A DNA stretch of 64,000 bases, from the NCBI GenBank assembly GCA_002840555.1, contig PHBJ01000003.1, positions 64,412-128,411 of the forward strand. Reading direction: 5' to 3'. Positions within the stretch are counted from its first letter, which is position 1; the number at the start of each line of letters is the position of its first letter. Made by a program: the position numbers and the translations under genes. Source of the DNA: Deltaproteobacteria bacterium HGW-Deltaproteobacteria-13 (GTDB lineage: Bacteria > Desulfobacterota > Syntrophia > Syntrophales > Smithellaceae). The notes under the pieces were generated by a model that made no database searches, was not told the origin of the DNA, and was given only the letters and a program-made list of their open reading frames with translations. This document shows positions 10,119-19,492 of this stretch, in pieces.

Positions 10119-11063
10119 ATGAAATATTTTATTAATTCAACCGCAGATTATCATCAGCACGATTTAAATTCGCTGGGCTGGGAACTTACGGTCTGCAATT
10201 CTCTGGAGCCGCTCGACAGCCCCTGCCGCCAGGCGCTGTTATCGCCCTGTTCTTTCGGTCAGCATCTTTATAATTTCTTAAAGGAAATCATTCCCGTTGA
10301 TCGTATCCACACCCTTTTGGAAATTGGCGGCGGCATGGGTTATTTAATGCGGGATTTTCTTGCCTTAAATCCGCGATTGCGGGCTAAGATGATTGATATT
10401 TCCCCTTATCTTCTAACGAAACAAAAAGAAACTCTGCATTCATTTGACGTTGATTTCGAACTTGCCGACATTCTGACGGTTTCGTCAAAAGCCTTATCCG
10501 GTTTTGACTTGGTTATCATGAATGAAAATCTGGGCGATATGCCGACTCTGGTAGCAGAACAGGGGAGGAAAAATAATTCAGATCAGAACAATCCCGCTGT
10601 CCTGGAAAGATTGGAGTACTTTAAAAATAAATATAATTTGCCGCTGGGATTAAATGAAAATGAACACATCAATATCGGCGCGATAGAAATAGTGGAAAAG
10701 CTCTGTTTCGCCGGCATCAAATATATTTATTTAAGTGAACACAGCTGCGAAGCGGTTGCTCCCGAGGAAATGAAACCTTATCTTTTATTTCAGTCTTCCG
10801 GTTCTCCGGAAATGATTTCACTCAAAGGCCATAAAGAATTTACCATTAAATTTTCCTACTTGCAAAAAATCGCCGACGTGTTAAATTACCAAACGAGGCG
10901 AGGATCTTTCGCCGATTTTCTTCCCCTGAATTTAAATGACAAAGTAAAAACAGCCCTGAGGCTCATCACGCCGTTTAGCGATGAGCAGGAAATTATCAAG
11001 CAGTTTGTTCATGATCTTTATAAATACGAATATTTAATTCTAATCAAAGGAGATGAAAAATGA
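10119..11063 (+). CDS. Class I SAM-dependent methyltransferase-like protein (MidA/DUF185-like)
   Basis: Motif I LLEIGGGMGYLMRDF. DLVIMNENLGDMP resembles the MidA-type NExxDAxP motif. Confidence 0.5.
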   Translation: MKYFINSTADYHQHDLNSLGWELTVCNSLEPLDSPCRQALLSPCSFGQHLYNFLKEIIPVDRIHTLLEIGGGMGYLMRDFLALNPRLRAKMIDISPYLLTKQKETLHSFDVDFELADILTVSSKALSGFDLVIMNENLGDMPTLVAEQGRKNNSDQNNPAVLERLEYFKNKYNLPLGLNENEHINIGAIEIVEKLCFAGIKYIYLSEHSCEAVAPEEMKPYLLFQSSGSPEMISLKGHKEFTIKFSYLQKIADVLNYQTRRGSFADFLPLNLNDKVKTALRLITPFSDEQEIIKQFVHDLYKYEYLILIKGDEK

Positions 11064-11428
11064 AAACGAACATGACAATGATTTTTCTGGCATCTATTTT
11101 CTTTTTATCATTTGCCACCGGTGAAGCTTTTGCGTTTCGTTGCGGATCGGACCTGGTCAGCGAAGGGGATTCAAAAACTCAAGTGACGGCAACCTGCGGT
11201 CATCCGACATCAAAGGACAAATCCTGCGAAAACAGCCAGGAGTACACCACGACAAACAGATACGGCAAAATCAAGCATGTCAAAAAATGCGACCGGAAAC
11301 TGGAGACCTGGACCTATAACTGCGGCGATAACGATTTTATTTACAGACTTACCTTCGACGATGGGAAAGTAATCAATATAGCGACTGAAGGCCGCGGCAA
11401 GGGGAGATCAGATTGTTTGGGTAAATAA
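11060..11428 (+). CDS. Small secreted Cys-containing protein (DUF2845-like)
   Basis: Signal peptide, paired Cys residues, TWTYNCGDNDFIYRLTFDDGKV core. ATGA overlap with the upstream gene. Confidence 0.45.
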   Translation: MKTNMTMIFLASIFFLSFATGEAFAFRCGSDLVSEGDSKTQVTATCGHPTSKDKSCENSQEYTTTNRYGKIKHVKKCDRKLETWTYNCGDNDFIYRLTFDDGKVINIATEGRGKGRSDCLGK

Positions 11429-11446
11429 TTTGTCAGGAGAACTATT

Positions 11447-14400
11447 ATGACCTTTATTATTTTACTATTACTTATCTTTCTCATCATTTGGCACTATCGT
11501 TTCAAGGAACTCTCCGAAAAATTTAATAGACTGGAAATAGATGTAAATGCGTTAAAAAGACATCTCACGACCCATGAAGCGGTCACACAAAACTTAAAAC
11601 AGCCGTCGATGCTCCCATCGCATCCTCCGGCAGCCGCGGAGGAAATAAAAGCTGCGCCGACTCAATCAACCTATGTTCAGCCGGTAAATATACCGCCTGT
11701 TTCTCCTGTTCCACCGGCTTCGATTGTGCCGCCGATGTCTGCGGCTAACCCTCCGGAACCGGTTATTATCCCTTCATCAGTTCAAGAGACAGTCAGTCCT
11801 ATTCAAAATATACCGGAAACCTTAGAGTTCGAAAAAGAAAAGGAGACAAAACCCGTATTTGAATTTGAAACCACGCAGCCTTCTTCCATGGAGACGAAAT
11901 GGCAGGAATTTAAAAATAATGTGGATTGGGAACAATTCACCGGGATCAAGCTGTTTGCCTGGCTGGGAGGTTTCGCTTTATTTATCGGGGCTGTATTATT
12001 TGTAAAATATTCCATTGACAACAACCTGATCCCGCCGGAAATCAGATTAGTCATCGGTGCGCTCATCGGCCTGATGATGATCACATCGTCCATGATCATT
12101 GATCGTGAACGCTATGATACAACCGTTCACACGATGGCCGCGGGAGGCATAGCGGTTTTATATGCCGTTTCCTTTACCGCATCGGTTTATTACGGCTTTA
12201 TTCCCAAAACAGCTGGGTTCGCTTCATTTGCACTGATCTCCGCCGCTGCCTTTGCTCTTGCCGTTCTTCATAAAGGCAGGTTTATTTCCGTTCTTGGCGC
12301 CATCGGCGCCTATGCCACACCATTGCTTATTCAAACAGGGCACCCTAATCTGATCGGTCTTTTTATCTATCTTTCGTTTGTCAACATTGGCCTTTTCGAA
12401 GTCATTCGCAGAACCGGATGGTATCCGCTGTGTGTTCTGGTCACGATAGGCACCCTGCTTACGCTCTCGGCCGGCGCCTGGGGCACAAAGCCACAGGCCG
12501 AAAATGATCTGATAACGATTATTGCGATTGCGAATCTCATCATTTTCAGTTTATTTTTCTGGATCTATCGGGGGCAGAATCCGGAAAATCAATCTTTGGT
12601 CACTTCGGTGCGCATCCTTTTCCTGAGCATGTTTGCTCTGGCTTTATCTTTTATCGATACTGAAATGCCGGTCGCTTGGCTGCCTCTTTTGCTGGTCAGT
12701 GTTTCTATTCTCGTAGGGTTGGTGATTTCTTATCAGGAAAAATCGTGGAGCGTCGGATTTACTTCTTACAATATCATCGGGTTCTTGATCATCGCTCTGT
12801 GGTCTTATCTTAATTTCGACTTAAGCAAACCGTCATGGGAAATGATCATGTTTTTTATTTATGGATTTATCGCTTCGCTGGGACCCGTGTTTGTCATCAA
12901 AAAACATGGCATTGAACCGAATGATTTACAATGGCTGAAAACTTTTCCTGTCGCTTTAGTTGCGGTCGGGTTCATCATCCTGTTGAGAAGTGACGTAACA
13001 TCCTTCTTCTTCTGGCCGATGATTCTGGGACTAAGCATCGTTGGTGTATTTATCAGTCTTATCGTGGGAAGCATTCTATCGGTCATTGCCATTAGCTTAT
13101 TGTTGCTGGCAAGTGGCATTCTCTGGGTTTTAAGAACACCGGTTTTGTATATCGGCGATGATTTCTTTCTTTTCATCCTGATTGCCGGAATATTGCTTAC
13201 CTTTGTCACTTTGTTATTTGTCAAAAAATCTTCCGCCTGGAATCCGCTGGCCGGAGAGAAAGAAATTGAGAATATTCTAACGCCTGACTTCATCAATTCC
13301 GCAGCATGGATCAGCGCGCTGCCTGTGCTCTGTCCTTTTATTCTTTTGGCGCTTGTCCTTTTGCGCCAGAATCCAATCGCGCCTAATCTCCCCATGGCAG
13401 CGGCTCTAGTTTTTTTTGCCGTCGCTGTATTCGTATCCCGATGGATCAAATCTCAGGAGATTCTTGTCGCAGCGCTTACAGCGATGACCATGACTTTATT
13501 GAGCTGGGGATTAAACCCGGACATGGGAATGGGTCATTATCAATTACTTTTATACTGGAGCGCTTTTCTATGGTTTGCGTCTCTCCTCATTCCGGTGCTG
13601 ATCATGCGGCCGGAGCAGCAATGGGAAATCGGCTGGTATGCCTGGGCTGTTTTTGAACTTATTTTATCGCTCCTGATCATCCGCGCGGCAGACATTCTGT
13701 GGACACGGGATATTGCCGGATGGCTTCCACTGGGAATGGCCGCTCTTAAACTGCCTGTCATTGCCATTTTACTGCACAGACTTGAAGGGAAGGATGAACG
13801 TAACGCTATTCTGGCCTTTCACGGCGGCATTTTTCTTTTTTATATATCTTCCGTACCGGTGCTTTTGTTTGATACCGCCTGGCTCGGTTTAACCGCCGTG
13901 CTGGAAGCCATGCTTCTGCTTTGGCTCAACCGCCGTATCGAGCATCCCGGCTTGCGCTGGGTCGCCCTTTGCCTGGCGCCCATTGGACTTGTGCTTCTTT
14001 TCAGCCATATCAACACGCTCAAAGGTCCTCAGGACATGCCTGTTTTTAATTTTGCCATTTTGAATTTTGCCCTTTGTACGGCGGCTTTAGGCATATCCGT
14101 AAAATTAGCGGACTATCCGCAGGAAAACCTAACGGAGAACTTTTCCCTGCCTCAGTACTTTTTGTGGTTTGCCATTGGCACGGGATTCTTTCTCTTGAAT
14201 CTGATTGTATCCGATATATTCGGCGGCACCGGCGGCGGCTTCAAAACTGATTTTTATCATGACATGAATCAGTACATTTTTTATGCGCTCCTCTGGACTT
14301 TTTTCGGCGCCATGCTTTGGCGCGCATCATCCAAAGTACCTTGGGGATTGAGTATGGCAGGTCTCCTTATCGTTGTTTCCGGTTCATTGATGACGCTTTG

Positions 14401-15337
14401 GATGCCTTTTTATTTCGATAACGAAATAGGGGGGATGTTCCCTTTCTTCAATCTTGCTCTGGTTATTTCCATACCGGCTATCGCCGTCATGGTTTATCTG
14501 GCCCTCACACAAACAGAGAATGATTTGTATGGCGAAGACATGAAGCAGCTTTTCATAACGATGGGGTTGGCGTTGGGGCTTTTGGCCTTAACCGTGCAAA
14601 TATCAACCCTATTCAATAACGGCGCTCCTTTTGATTTATTCGTCTGGCAGACACCCGACATGACATTGGCGCTTATGGCTTCATGGTTTATCTTCGGATT
14701 TTGCCTTGTTCTCTGGCCTTCGCGCCTTCACAATGCATTTCGTCTGGCCGGAGCGATGATTATCATGATCAGTTTAATCAGAGGCGTTTATTATCCTTTC
14801 ATTTACGCTTCAGAATTCGGCGCTGTCATACCGATTCTGAATATACCGACATTAATTTTTATTGCCATGATTACGGGCCTTGGAATTCTCACCGTCAGAA
14901 GATTTCCGAACGAATGGTCATGGAGCGGGGATTTTCTTCCGCGGCATCTGTGGGCGGCATTGCTTATTCTGTTTGCTTTCTATATTATGAATGTCGAAGT
15001 TGCCTCTGTTTTCGGGAAATTTCGCGCGGGCACGGATTCGGGCCTGTTCAGTTTTTATACACACGGCAGACTTTCACAACAATTGGCCTACAGTATCAGT
15101 TGGCTTCTTTACGCGATCGGCCTTCTCGTGATCGGTATCCGCTGGCAAATTATCCAGGTCAGATGGGTTGCCCTTGCTCTTTTTGTCATTACAGCATTGA
15201 AAGTATTTATAAAAGATTTGTGGACACTGGGCCAGCTGTACCGCGTATTTTCTTTTGTCGGACTGGCAATCACTTTAATGCTTGTTTCGTTTTTATATCA
15301 ACGTTATCTCAGCGGTAAAAAATCGAAGGAAGATTAA
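11447..15337 (+). CDS. Very large polytopic membrane protein (DUF2339-like)
   Basis: N-terminal TM and coiled-coil, Pro-rich linker (PPAAAEE...PPVSPVPPASIVPP), then dozens of hydrophobic helices. GGAG RBS. Confidence 0.55.
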   Translation: MTFIILLLLIFLIIWHYRFKELSEKFNRLEIDVNALKRHLTTHEAVTQNLKQPSMLPSHPPAAAEEIKAAPTQSTYVQPVNIPPVSPVPPASIVPPMSAANPPEPVIIPSSVQETVSPIQNIPETLEFEKEKETKPVFEFETTQPSSMETKWQEFKNNVDWEQFTGIKLFAWLGGFALFIGAVLFVKYSIDNNLIPPEIRLVIGALIGLMMITSSMIIDRERYDTTVHTMAAGGIAVLYAVSFTASVYYGFIPKTAGFASFALISAAAFALAVLHKGRFISVLGAIGAYATPLLIQTGHPNLIGLFIYLSFVNIGLFEVIRRTGWYPLCVLVTIGTLLTLSAGAWGTKPQAENDLITIIAIANLIIFSLFFWIYRGQNPENQSLVTSVRILFLSMFALALSFIDTEMPVAWLPLLLVSVSILVGLVISYQEKSWSVGFTSYNIIGFLIIALWSYLNFDLSKPSWEMIMFFIYGFIASLGPVFVIKKHGIEPNDLQWLKTFPVALVAVGFIILLRSDVTSFFFWPMILGLSIVGVFISLIVGSILSVIAISLLLLASGILWVLRTPVLYIGDDFFLFILIAGILLTFVTLLFVKKSSAWNPLAGEKEIENILTPDFINSAAWISALPVLCPFILLALVLLRQNPIAPNLPMAAALVFFAVAVFVSRWIKSQEILVAALTAMTMTLLSWGLNPDMGMGHYQLLLYWSAFLWFASLLIPVLIMRPEQQWEIGWYAWAVFELILSLLIIRAADILWTRDIAGWLPLGMAALKLPVIAILLHRLEGKDERNAILAFHGGIFLFYISSVPVLLFDTAWLGLTAVLEAMLLLWLNRRIEHPGLRWVALCLAPIGLVLLFSHINTLKGPQDMPVFNFAILNFALCTAALGISVKLADYPQENLTENFSLPQYFLWFAIGTGFFLLNLIVSDIFGGTGGGFKTDFYHDMNQYIFYALLWTFFGAMLWRASSKVPWGLSMAGLLIVVSGSLMTLWMPFYFDNEIGGMFPFFNLALVISIPAIAVMVYLALTQTENDLYGEDMKQLFITMGLALGLLALTVQISTLFNNGAPFDLFVWQTPDMTLALMASWFIFGFCLVLWPSRLHNAFRLAGAMIIMISLIRGVYYPFIYASEFGAVIPILNIPTLIFIAMITGLGILTVRRFPNEWSWSGDFLPRHLWAALLILFAFYIMNVEVASVFGKFRAGTDSGLFSFYTHGRLSQQLAYSISWLLYAIGLLVIGIRWQIIQVRWVALALFVITALKVFIKDLWTLGQLYRVFSFVGLAITLMLVSFLYQRYLSGKKSKED

Positions 15338-15403
15338 TCATGAAAAGAGCCCATATTTTATTTAAACTTATCCTCTGAGATCAATATATTTTACCTTAAG
15401 AAT

Positions 15404-15443
15404 AGAAACCGCTCCACCGTTTACCGGAGGGTGGAGCAGTTTC
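15404..15443. terminator. Long stem-loop between convergent genes (candidate bidirectional terminator)
   Basis: AGAAACCGCTCCACC / GGTGGAGCAGTTTCT arms with one C/A mismatch and a 10-nt loop. Confidence 0.5.
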
Positions 15444-15472
15444 TATAAGTACATCCCCCTGCCCTTCCCAGC

Positions 15473-16378
15473 TTATTTGAATTCCCCGTATATTTCAGGA
15501 AGGAATTCTGCCAGATGACTATACTCGTGCGCGTTGTGAGAGGCTAGACCCTTTACCACGTCTTCAGTAATCGCCAGTTTGCGCAGCGCAACACCGGGCA
15601 ATGCTTTCCCCGGCCAGAAACGGCTTCTCAATTCCAAACCATTGTGTGTTTTGCGAAATTCGTGACACATATAAGTATGTTCAATATTCAGATCTCCCAC
15701 CATGTACCCGACTCTTGCACAAACCATGGCCGCAATTCCCGCTTCTTCAAATTTCCCGGTATTGAAGCCGAATGCTTCCGGCGGCACGAAGTGGATGGAC
15801 AGCTTAAAAATGCCGTTTCCGGTATCCTCGTATGGGAACTGGGTATTATTCACGTATCTCTGCTCATACGTAAGGGCCGGATTGCCTGCCTGCTGTTTAT
15901 TTTTGATGCCGATGGCATAATGATCTCCCGGACACCAGATCTTATAGCGGATATCCGGGTATGCATGCCACCAGAACCACCAGTGGATCATGTCCGCGGT
16001 CGCGCCGGGGAAGTCGGTCTTTACCGCCACAAAACCGGTTCCATCGTCCGGATTGAGACAATAGCCGTTCTCAATATCAAGATAGCCGGGCTTCAGTAAA
16101 TCGTTGATGTTTTCGAATTTTAAGGCACGGTTGCAGTCGGCCGGACCGCCTGAAATTGCCGCCTGAACATCAGGGGATAGAGGCGAAAAAGCCGGATTAT
16201 AGTATTTCGCTTCCGGTTGCCGCATTTCCTGTTCGGTGAGCTCTGCATGCAACCCCAGTAAAGCCGCATCTTCCGGACACCCGGTTAATGCAAGGCAAAC
16301 CAAAATTATACCCATCAACAAAACAAGGGGGGTTTTTCTGATTTTCACAGCGTCCTCTCCTTTCCTGATATTTATCAA
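15473..16378 (-). CDS. Lipoprotein of unknown function (possibly DAPG-hydrolase/PhlG-like)
   Basis: Lipobox LALTGC after a hydrophobic signal. The HWWFWWH / CPGDH segment reminds me of PhlG-type hydrolases, unverified. Confidence 0.5.
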   Translation of the reverse strand: MINIRKGEDAVKIRKTPLVLLMGIILVCLALTGCPEDAALLGLHAELTEQEMRQPEAKYYNPAFSPLSPDVQAAISGGPADCNRALKFENINDLLKPGYLDIENGYCLNPDDGTGFVAVKTDFPGATADMIHWWFWWHAYPDIRYKIWCPGDHYAIGIKNKQQAGNPALTYEQRYVNNTQFPYEDTGNGIFKLSIHFVPPEAFGFNTGKFEEAGIAAMVCARVGYMVGDLNIEHTYMCHEFRKTHNGLELRSRFWPGKALPGVALRKLAITEDVVKGLASHNAHEYSHLAEFLPEIYGEFK

Positions 16379-16380
16379 TC

Positions 16381-16402
16381 TAATTAGAACTTATTCTAAT
16401 TA
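16381..16402. promoter_or_regulatory. Operator-like palindrome 1 in the TetR divergent intergenic region
   Basis: TAATTAGAA-cTTa-TTCTAATTA: 9-bp perfect arms with a 4-nt spacer. Confidence 0.4.
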
Positions 16403-16434
16403 CATGCTACTTCAAAATAGTAAGGCTGTCAACC

Positions 16435-16458
16435 ATAAATAGAACGCATTCTATTTAT
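16435..16458. promoter_or_regulatory. Operator-like palindrome 2 in the TetR divergent intergenic region
   Basis: ATAAATAGAA-cgca-TTCTATTTAT: 10-bp perfect arms. Shares the TAGAA/TTCTA half-site with palindrome 1. Centres are about 55 bp apart. Confidence 0.4.
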
Positions 16459-16527
16459 AATTTTATACTTGAATATTGAGAATATATCAAAGTTGACTTA
16501 TCAGGATTTTCCTATTATGTAATTTTT

Positions 16528-17202
16528 ATGAAGAGAGATCAGCATAAATTAGAAACAAAAAACAGGGTCTTGAAAATTTCAAGGAATCTTTTCGTCCAAC
16601 AGGGATATTCAAAAACAACTATTAAACAGATAAGCAGAAAAGCAAATATTACGACCGGGAGCCTTTATCACTTCTTTCAGAATAAGGAAGATATTTTATT
16701 GCATATCGTCGGGGACGTCGTTTCGAAGTCTGCCGAAATATCCGACGTCATCACAGGGAATGAAAACGATCCCTGTCTTCGTTTTTCATTGGAGATCGCT
16801 CTGCAGCTTGAGGTTATTTTAAAATTTGAAAGAATCGGTGAGATATACCTTGCGGCATACAACTCATGGCAGATTTCAAAACTTATTGTGCGGATGGGTG
16901 CGGAGAGAAATGAGGAAATATTCAAGACATATAATCCGGATTTCACTGCTGAAGATTACTATACACGAACACTGGCGATCAAGGGAATCCTTCACAGCTT
17001 TATAGATGAATTCGTTCATTACAGGAGGATTGATGACCATAAAAGAATCCATAGTATTTTAGAAATGATCCTCTTGATTTTTAATATTCCGGAGAAGCAA
17101 ATCAGAAGAACTATCAATAAAACTCAAAGAATCATCGAAAAAATAAATTTGGAGCATTCTCCCAAATTCGACATTTCCCATCTGATGGATTTGATTTTTT
17201 AA
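16528..17202 (+). CDS. TetR/AcrR family transcriptional regulator
   Basis: N-terminal HTH: GYSKTTIKQISRKANITTGSLYHFFQNKEDIL. Confidence 0.85.
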   Translation: MKRDQHKLETKNRVLKISRNLFVQQGYSKTTIKQISRKANITTGSLYHFFQNKEDILLHIVGDVVSKSAEISDVITGNENDPCLRFSLEIALQLEVILKFERIGEIYLAAYNSWQISKLIVRMGAERNEEIFKTYNPDFTAEDYYTRTLAIKGILHSFIDEFVHYRRIDDHKRIHSILEMILLIFNIPEKQIRRTINKTQRIIEKINLEHSPKFDISHLMDLIF

Positions 17203-17240
17203 CCCGGCCTTTCTTTTGTTCAATGAATTGGAGCTGAAAA

Positions 17241-18416
17241 ATGCAGAAACAGGAAGATCAAAAAAATAAACGATGCCACCCGCTGGAAGGAATAAGAATT
17301 CTGGATCTGTCAACCCAGGTGCCGGGACCTTATTGCTCAATGCTTCTGGCCGATTTGGGCGCAGAAGTCATCAAGATCGAAAATATCGATGGCGGAGACC
17401 AGACACGTCTTCTGCCTTATCTTTTCAACGGTATTAACCGGAACAAAAAGAGTATTTCCCTGAACCTGAAATCATCTGAAGCGAAAGAAATATTTTACAA
17501 AATGGCCAGGGAGGCTGATGTCATTCTCGAAGGCTTCCGCCCCGGAGTCTGCAAAAAACTCCTGATTGACTACGGCGCAATAAAAGAAATCAACCCCCGG
17601 ATAATCTATTGTTCAATAACCGGATATGGGCAGGACTGCCCCTATAGGGACAAGCCGGGTCATGACATCAACTATCTCGGCTATTCGGGCCTTTTGAGCC
17701 TGGAAGGTGACTTAAATGCTTATTCTAAAATGCCGGCCATCCCCATCGCTGATCTTGCAGGAAGCATGTTTGCCGCCATCTCAATACTTACCGCTCTGAT
17801 CCACAGAGGCAAAACCGGCGCCGGGCAATATATTGACGTCTCCATGACAGCCGGCGTGTTCTCATTAATCAGTGCATCCCTGGTATCCGGTCTTCAAGGC
17901 CAACCGGGGAGCGAATCGCTTTATATACCTCACTATGGCCTTTTCCAAGCCGGGGATAAAAAATTTCTAACTCTCGGCATAGTGCATGAAGAACATTTCT
18001 GGAAAAGACTCTGCTCGGTTATTGACATGGGCGACTTCGCGGAATTGGATCTATTCAACAGAATAGCGCGGCGAGAGGAAATTACCACACATCTCCGGAA
18101 CTCATTTTCCACAAAGAATCTTGACGAATGGCTTACCATACTCAATGATGCGGACATTCCCTGCGGACCGGTTTATGACCTTGAGGAAAGTTATTCGGAT
18201 CCTCAAATTGTGCATCGTGGCTCCGTGCTCGAAATGAATCATCCCTCCGAAGGAAAGATAAAGTTCAGGGAATTCCCGGTTGTTTTTTCCGAATCCATCA
18301 CAAGAAAAAATACTCCGCCTCCCGCGCCGGGCATGCATACGACCGAAATACTTCACGGCCTTGGCTATACGGATGAAGAGATATCGAGATTTATCGGAAA
18401 CAAGATTGTAAGCTGA
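17241..18416 (+). CDS. Family III CoA-transferase (CaiB/BaiF-type)
   Basis: LEGIRILDLSTQVPGPYCSMLLADLGAEVIKIE N-terminal signature; RPG...GYG central motifs. Confidence 0.85.
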   Translation: MQKQEDQKNKRCHPLEGIRILDLSTQVPGPYCSMLLADLGAEVIKIENIDGGDQTRLLPYLFNGINRNKKSISLNLKSSEAKEIFYKMAREADVILEGFRPGVCKKLLIDYGAIKEINPRIIYCSITGYGQDCPYRDKPGHDINYLGYSGLLSLEGDLNAYSKMPAIPIADLAGSMFAAISILTALIHRGKTGAGQYIDVSMTAGVFSLISASLVSGLQGQPGSESLYIPHYGLFQAGDKKFLTLGIVHEEHFWKRLCSVIDMGDFAELDLFNRIARREEITTHLRNSFSTKNLDEWLTILNDADIPCGPVYDLEESYSDPQIVHRGSVLEMNHPSEGKIKFREFPVVFSESITRKNTPPPAPGMHTTEILHGLGYTDEEISRFIGNKIVS

Positions 18417-18626
18417 TTTATCCTGGAAGTTGACCTTCAGACCGTCAGGAAGGCTTCCGGAGCCAGGGATGTGGCCATCATGAATTCGTTGATGTCACGA
18501 TGCTCCAGCCATATTTCATTGCGCTGATTGGCGGGGGTAAACCTGAAATCTTCCAAGGCCTTCGCGATCGCCATGCCTCAGAACAACATCTGTCCCCCGC
18601 GGCAGACATCAGACAGAAGACCGCCC

Positions 18627-18649
18627 AATGGTAGGCATTGCCTACCATT
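18627..18649. promoter_or_regulatory. Perfect 23-nt palindrome (candidate protein-binding site)
   Basis: AATGGTAGGCA-T-TGCCTACCATT: 11-bp perfect arms in a region without convincing coding sequence. Confidence 0.3.
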
Positions 18650-19135
18650 CTCCCCTCATTTAATCAGTATTGTCATTGACTCCTATTTTTTATATTTTAA
18701 GCTTAATAAAGAATCACGGAAAAAGAAATATCGAAAAACAGACAACTGGAAACTAAAGCAAAATCAGAAAGCAGCTTATAAATGAAACATAAATCTTGCG
18801 CAAAGAAGAATTCTAAGAAGGCGTTTTGCGGCAATACTGCCCGGCGCTGCGAAATATGCGGACATATTCAATACGGTCATGAGCCACCGGATCAATGTCC
18901 GTACCGTACTTTCTCTCATCACACATTGAAGAAATCGACCGGCAGGAATAATATATTCGTAAGACGTTACATATCACTATCCGCCTTTGCACGGCATTCA
19001 TCCGACAGCAATCCACAGCGGAATCCGGCGATATTGTTGTCGTGATTATGAATAATGAAGTAATCATTTAAAAAATGATTTCGTATGATCAAAAAAGCTG
19101 TGGGGATTGCCGGTATTTCCGAAAGGAGGTCTTCC

Positions 19136-19399
19136 ATGCATAAGCTTGAAGAAATCTTTAATCGATCGGGTTTCTCCCGATTCATAAACAGCCCGGCCGG
19201 CCGCATCTTTCGCGCAGCCGTCGGGATAGGATTCTTCGTCGCCGGTTATATGTATCGGGACAATACGCTCGGCGTCATATCCATGGTTTTTAGTATTTTC
19301 CCGTTGAGCGCCGGAGCGTTTGATGTTTGCTACATCAGCGCTCTACTGGGTGGCCCGCTGTCAGGAGCAAAGATCCGCGATAAGTACAAGACCGGATAA
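19136..19399 (+). CDS. Small membrane protein (DUF2892/YgaP-like)
   Basis: Start moved to the ATG at 19136, preceded by AAGGAGG. Two hydrophobic helices and a ...GAFDVCYISALLG motif. Confidence 0.5.
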   Translation: MHKLEEIFNRSGFSRFINSPAGRIFRAAVGIGFFVAGYMYRDNTLGVISMVFSIFPLSAGAFDVCYISALLGGPLSGAKIRDKYKTG

Positions 19400-19492
19400 T
19401 GCTCGAATGGCAACCGTCGCGACGAGGGGTTCAGACAGATCGTATGGCTGTGGCGGCCCGCAGTAACAAAAATTTATCCAGGGAGAAAAAGC

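Noticed and set aside
14683-15318. 211-aa alternative-frame ORF inside the DUF2339-like gene
   Set aside because: It is a same-strand overlapping frame with Cys/Arg-rich nonsense composition. The main frame has coherent transmembrane helices.
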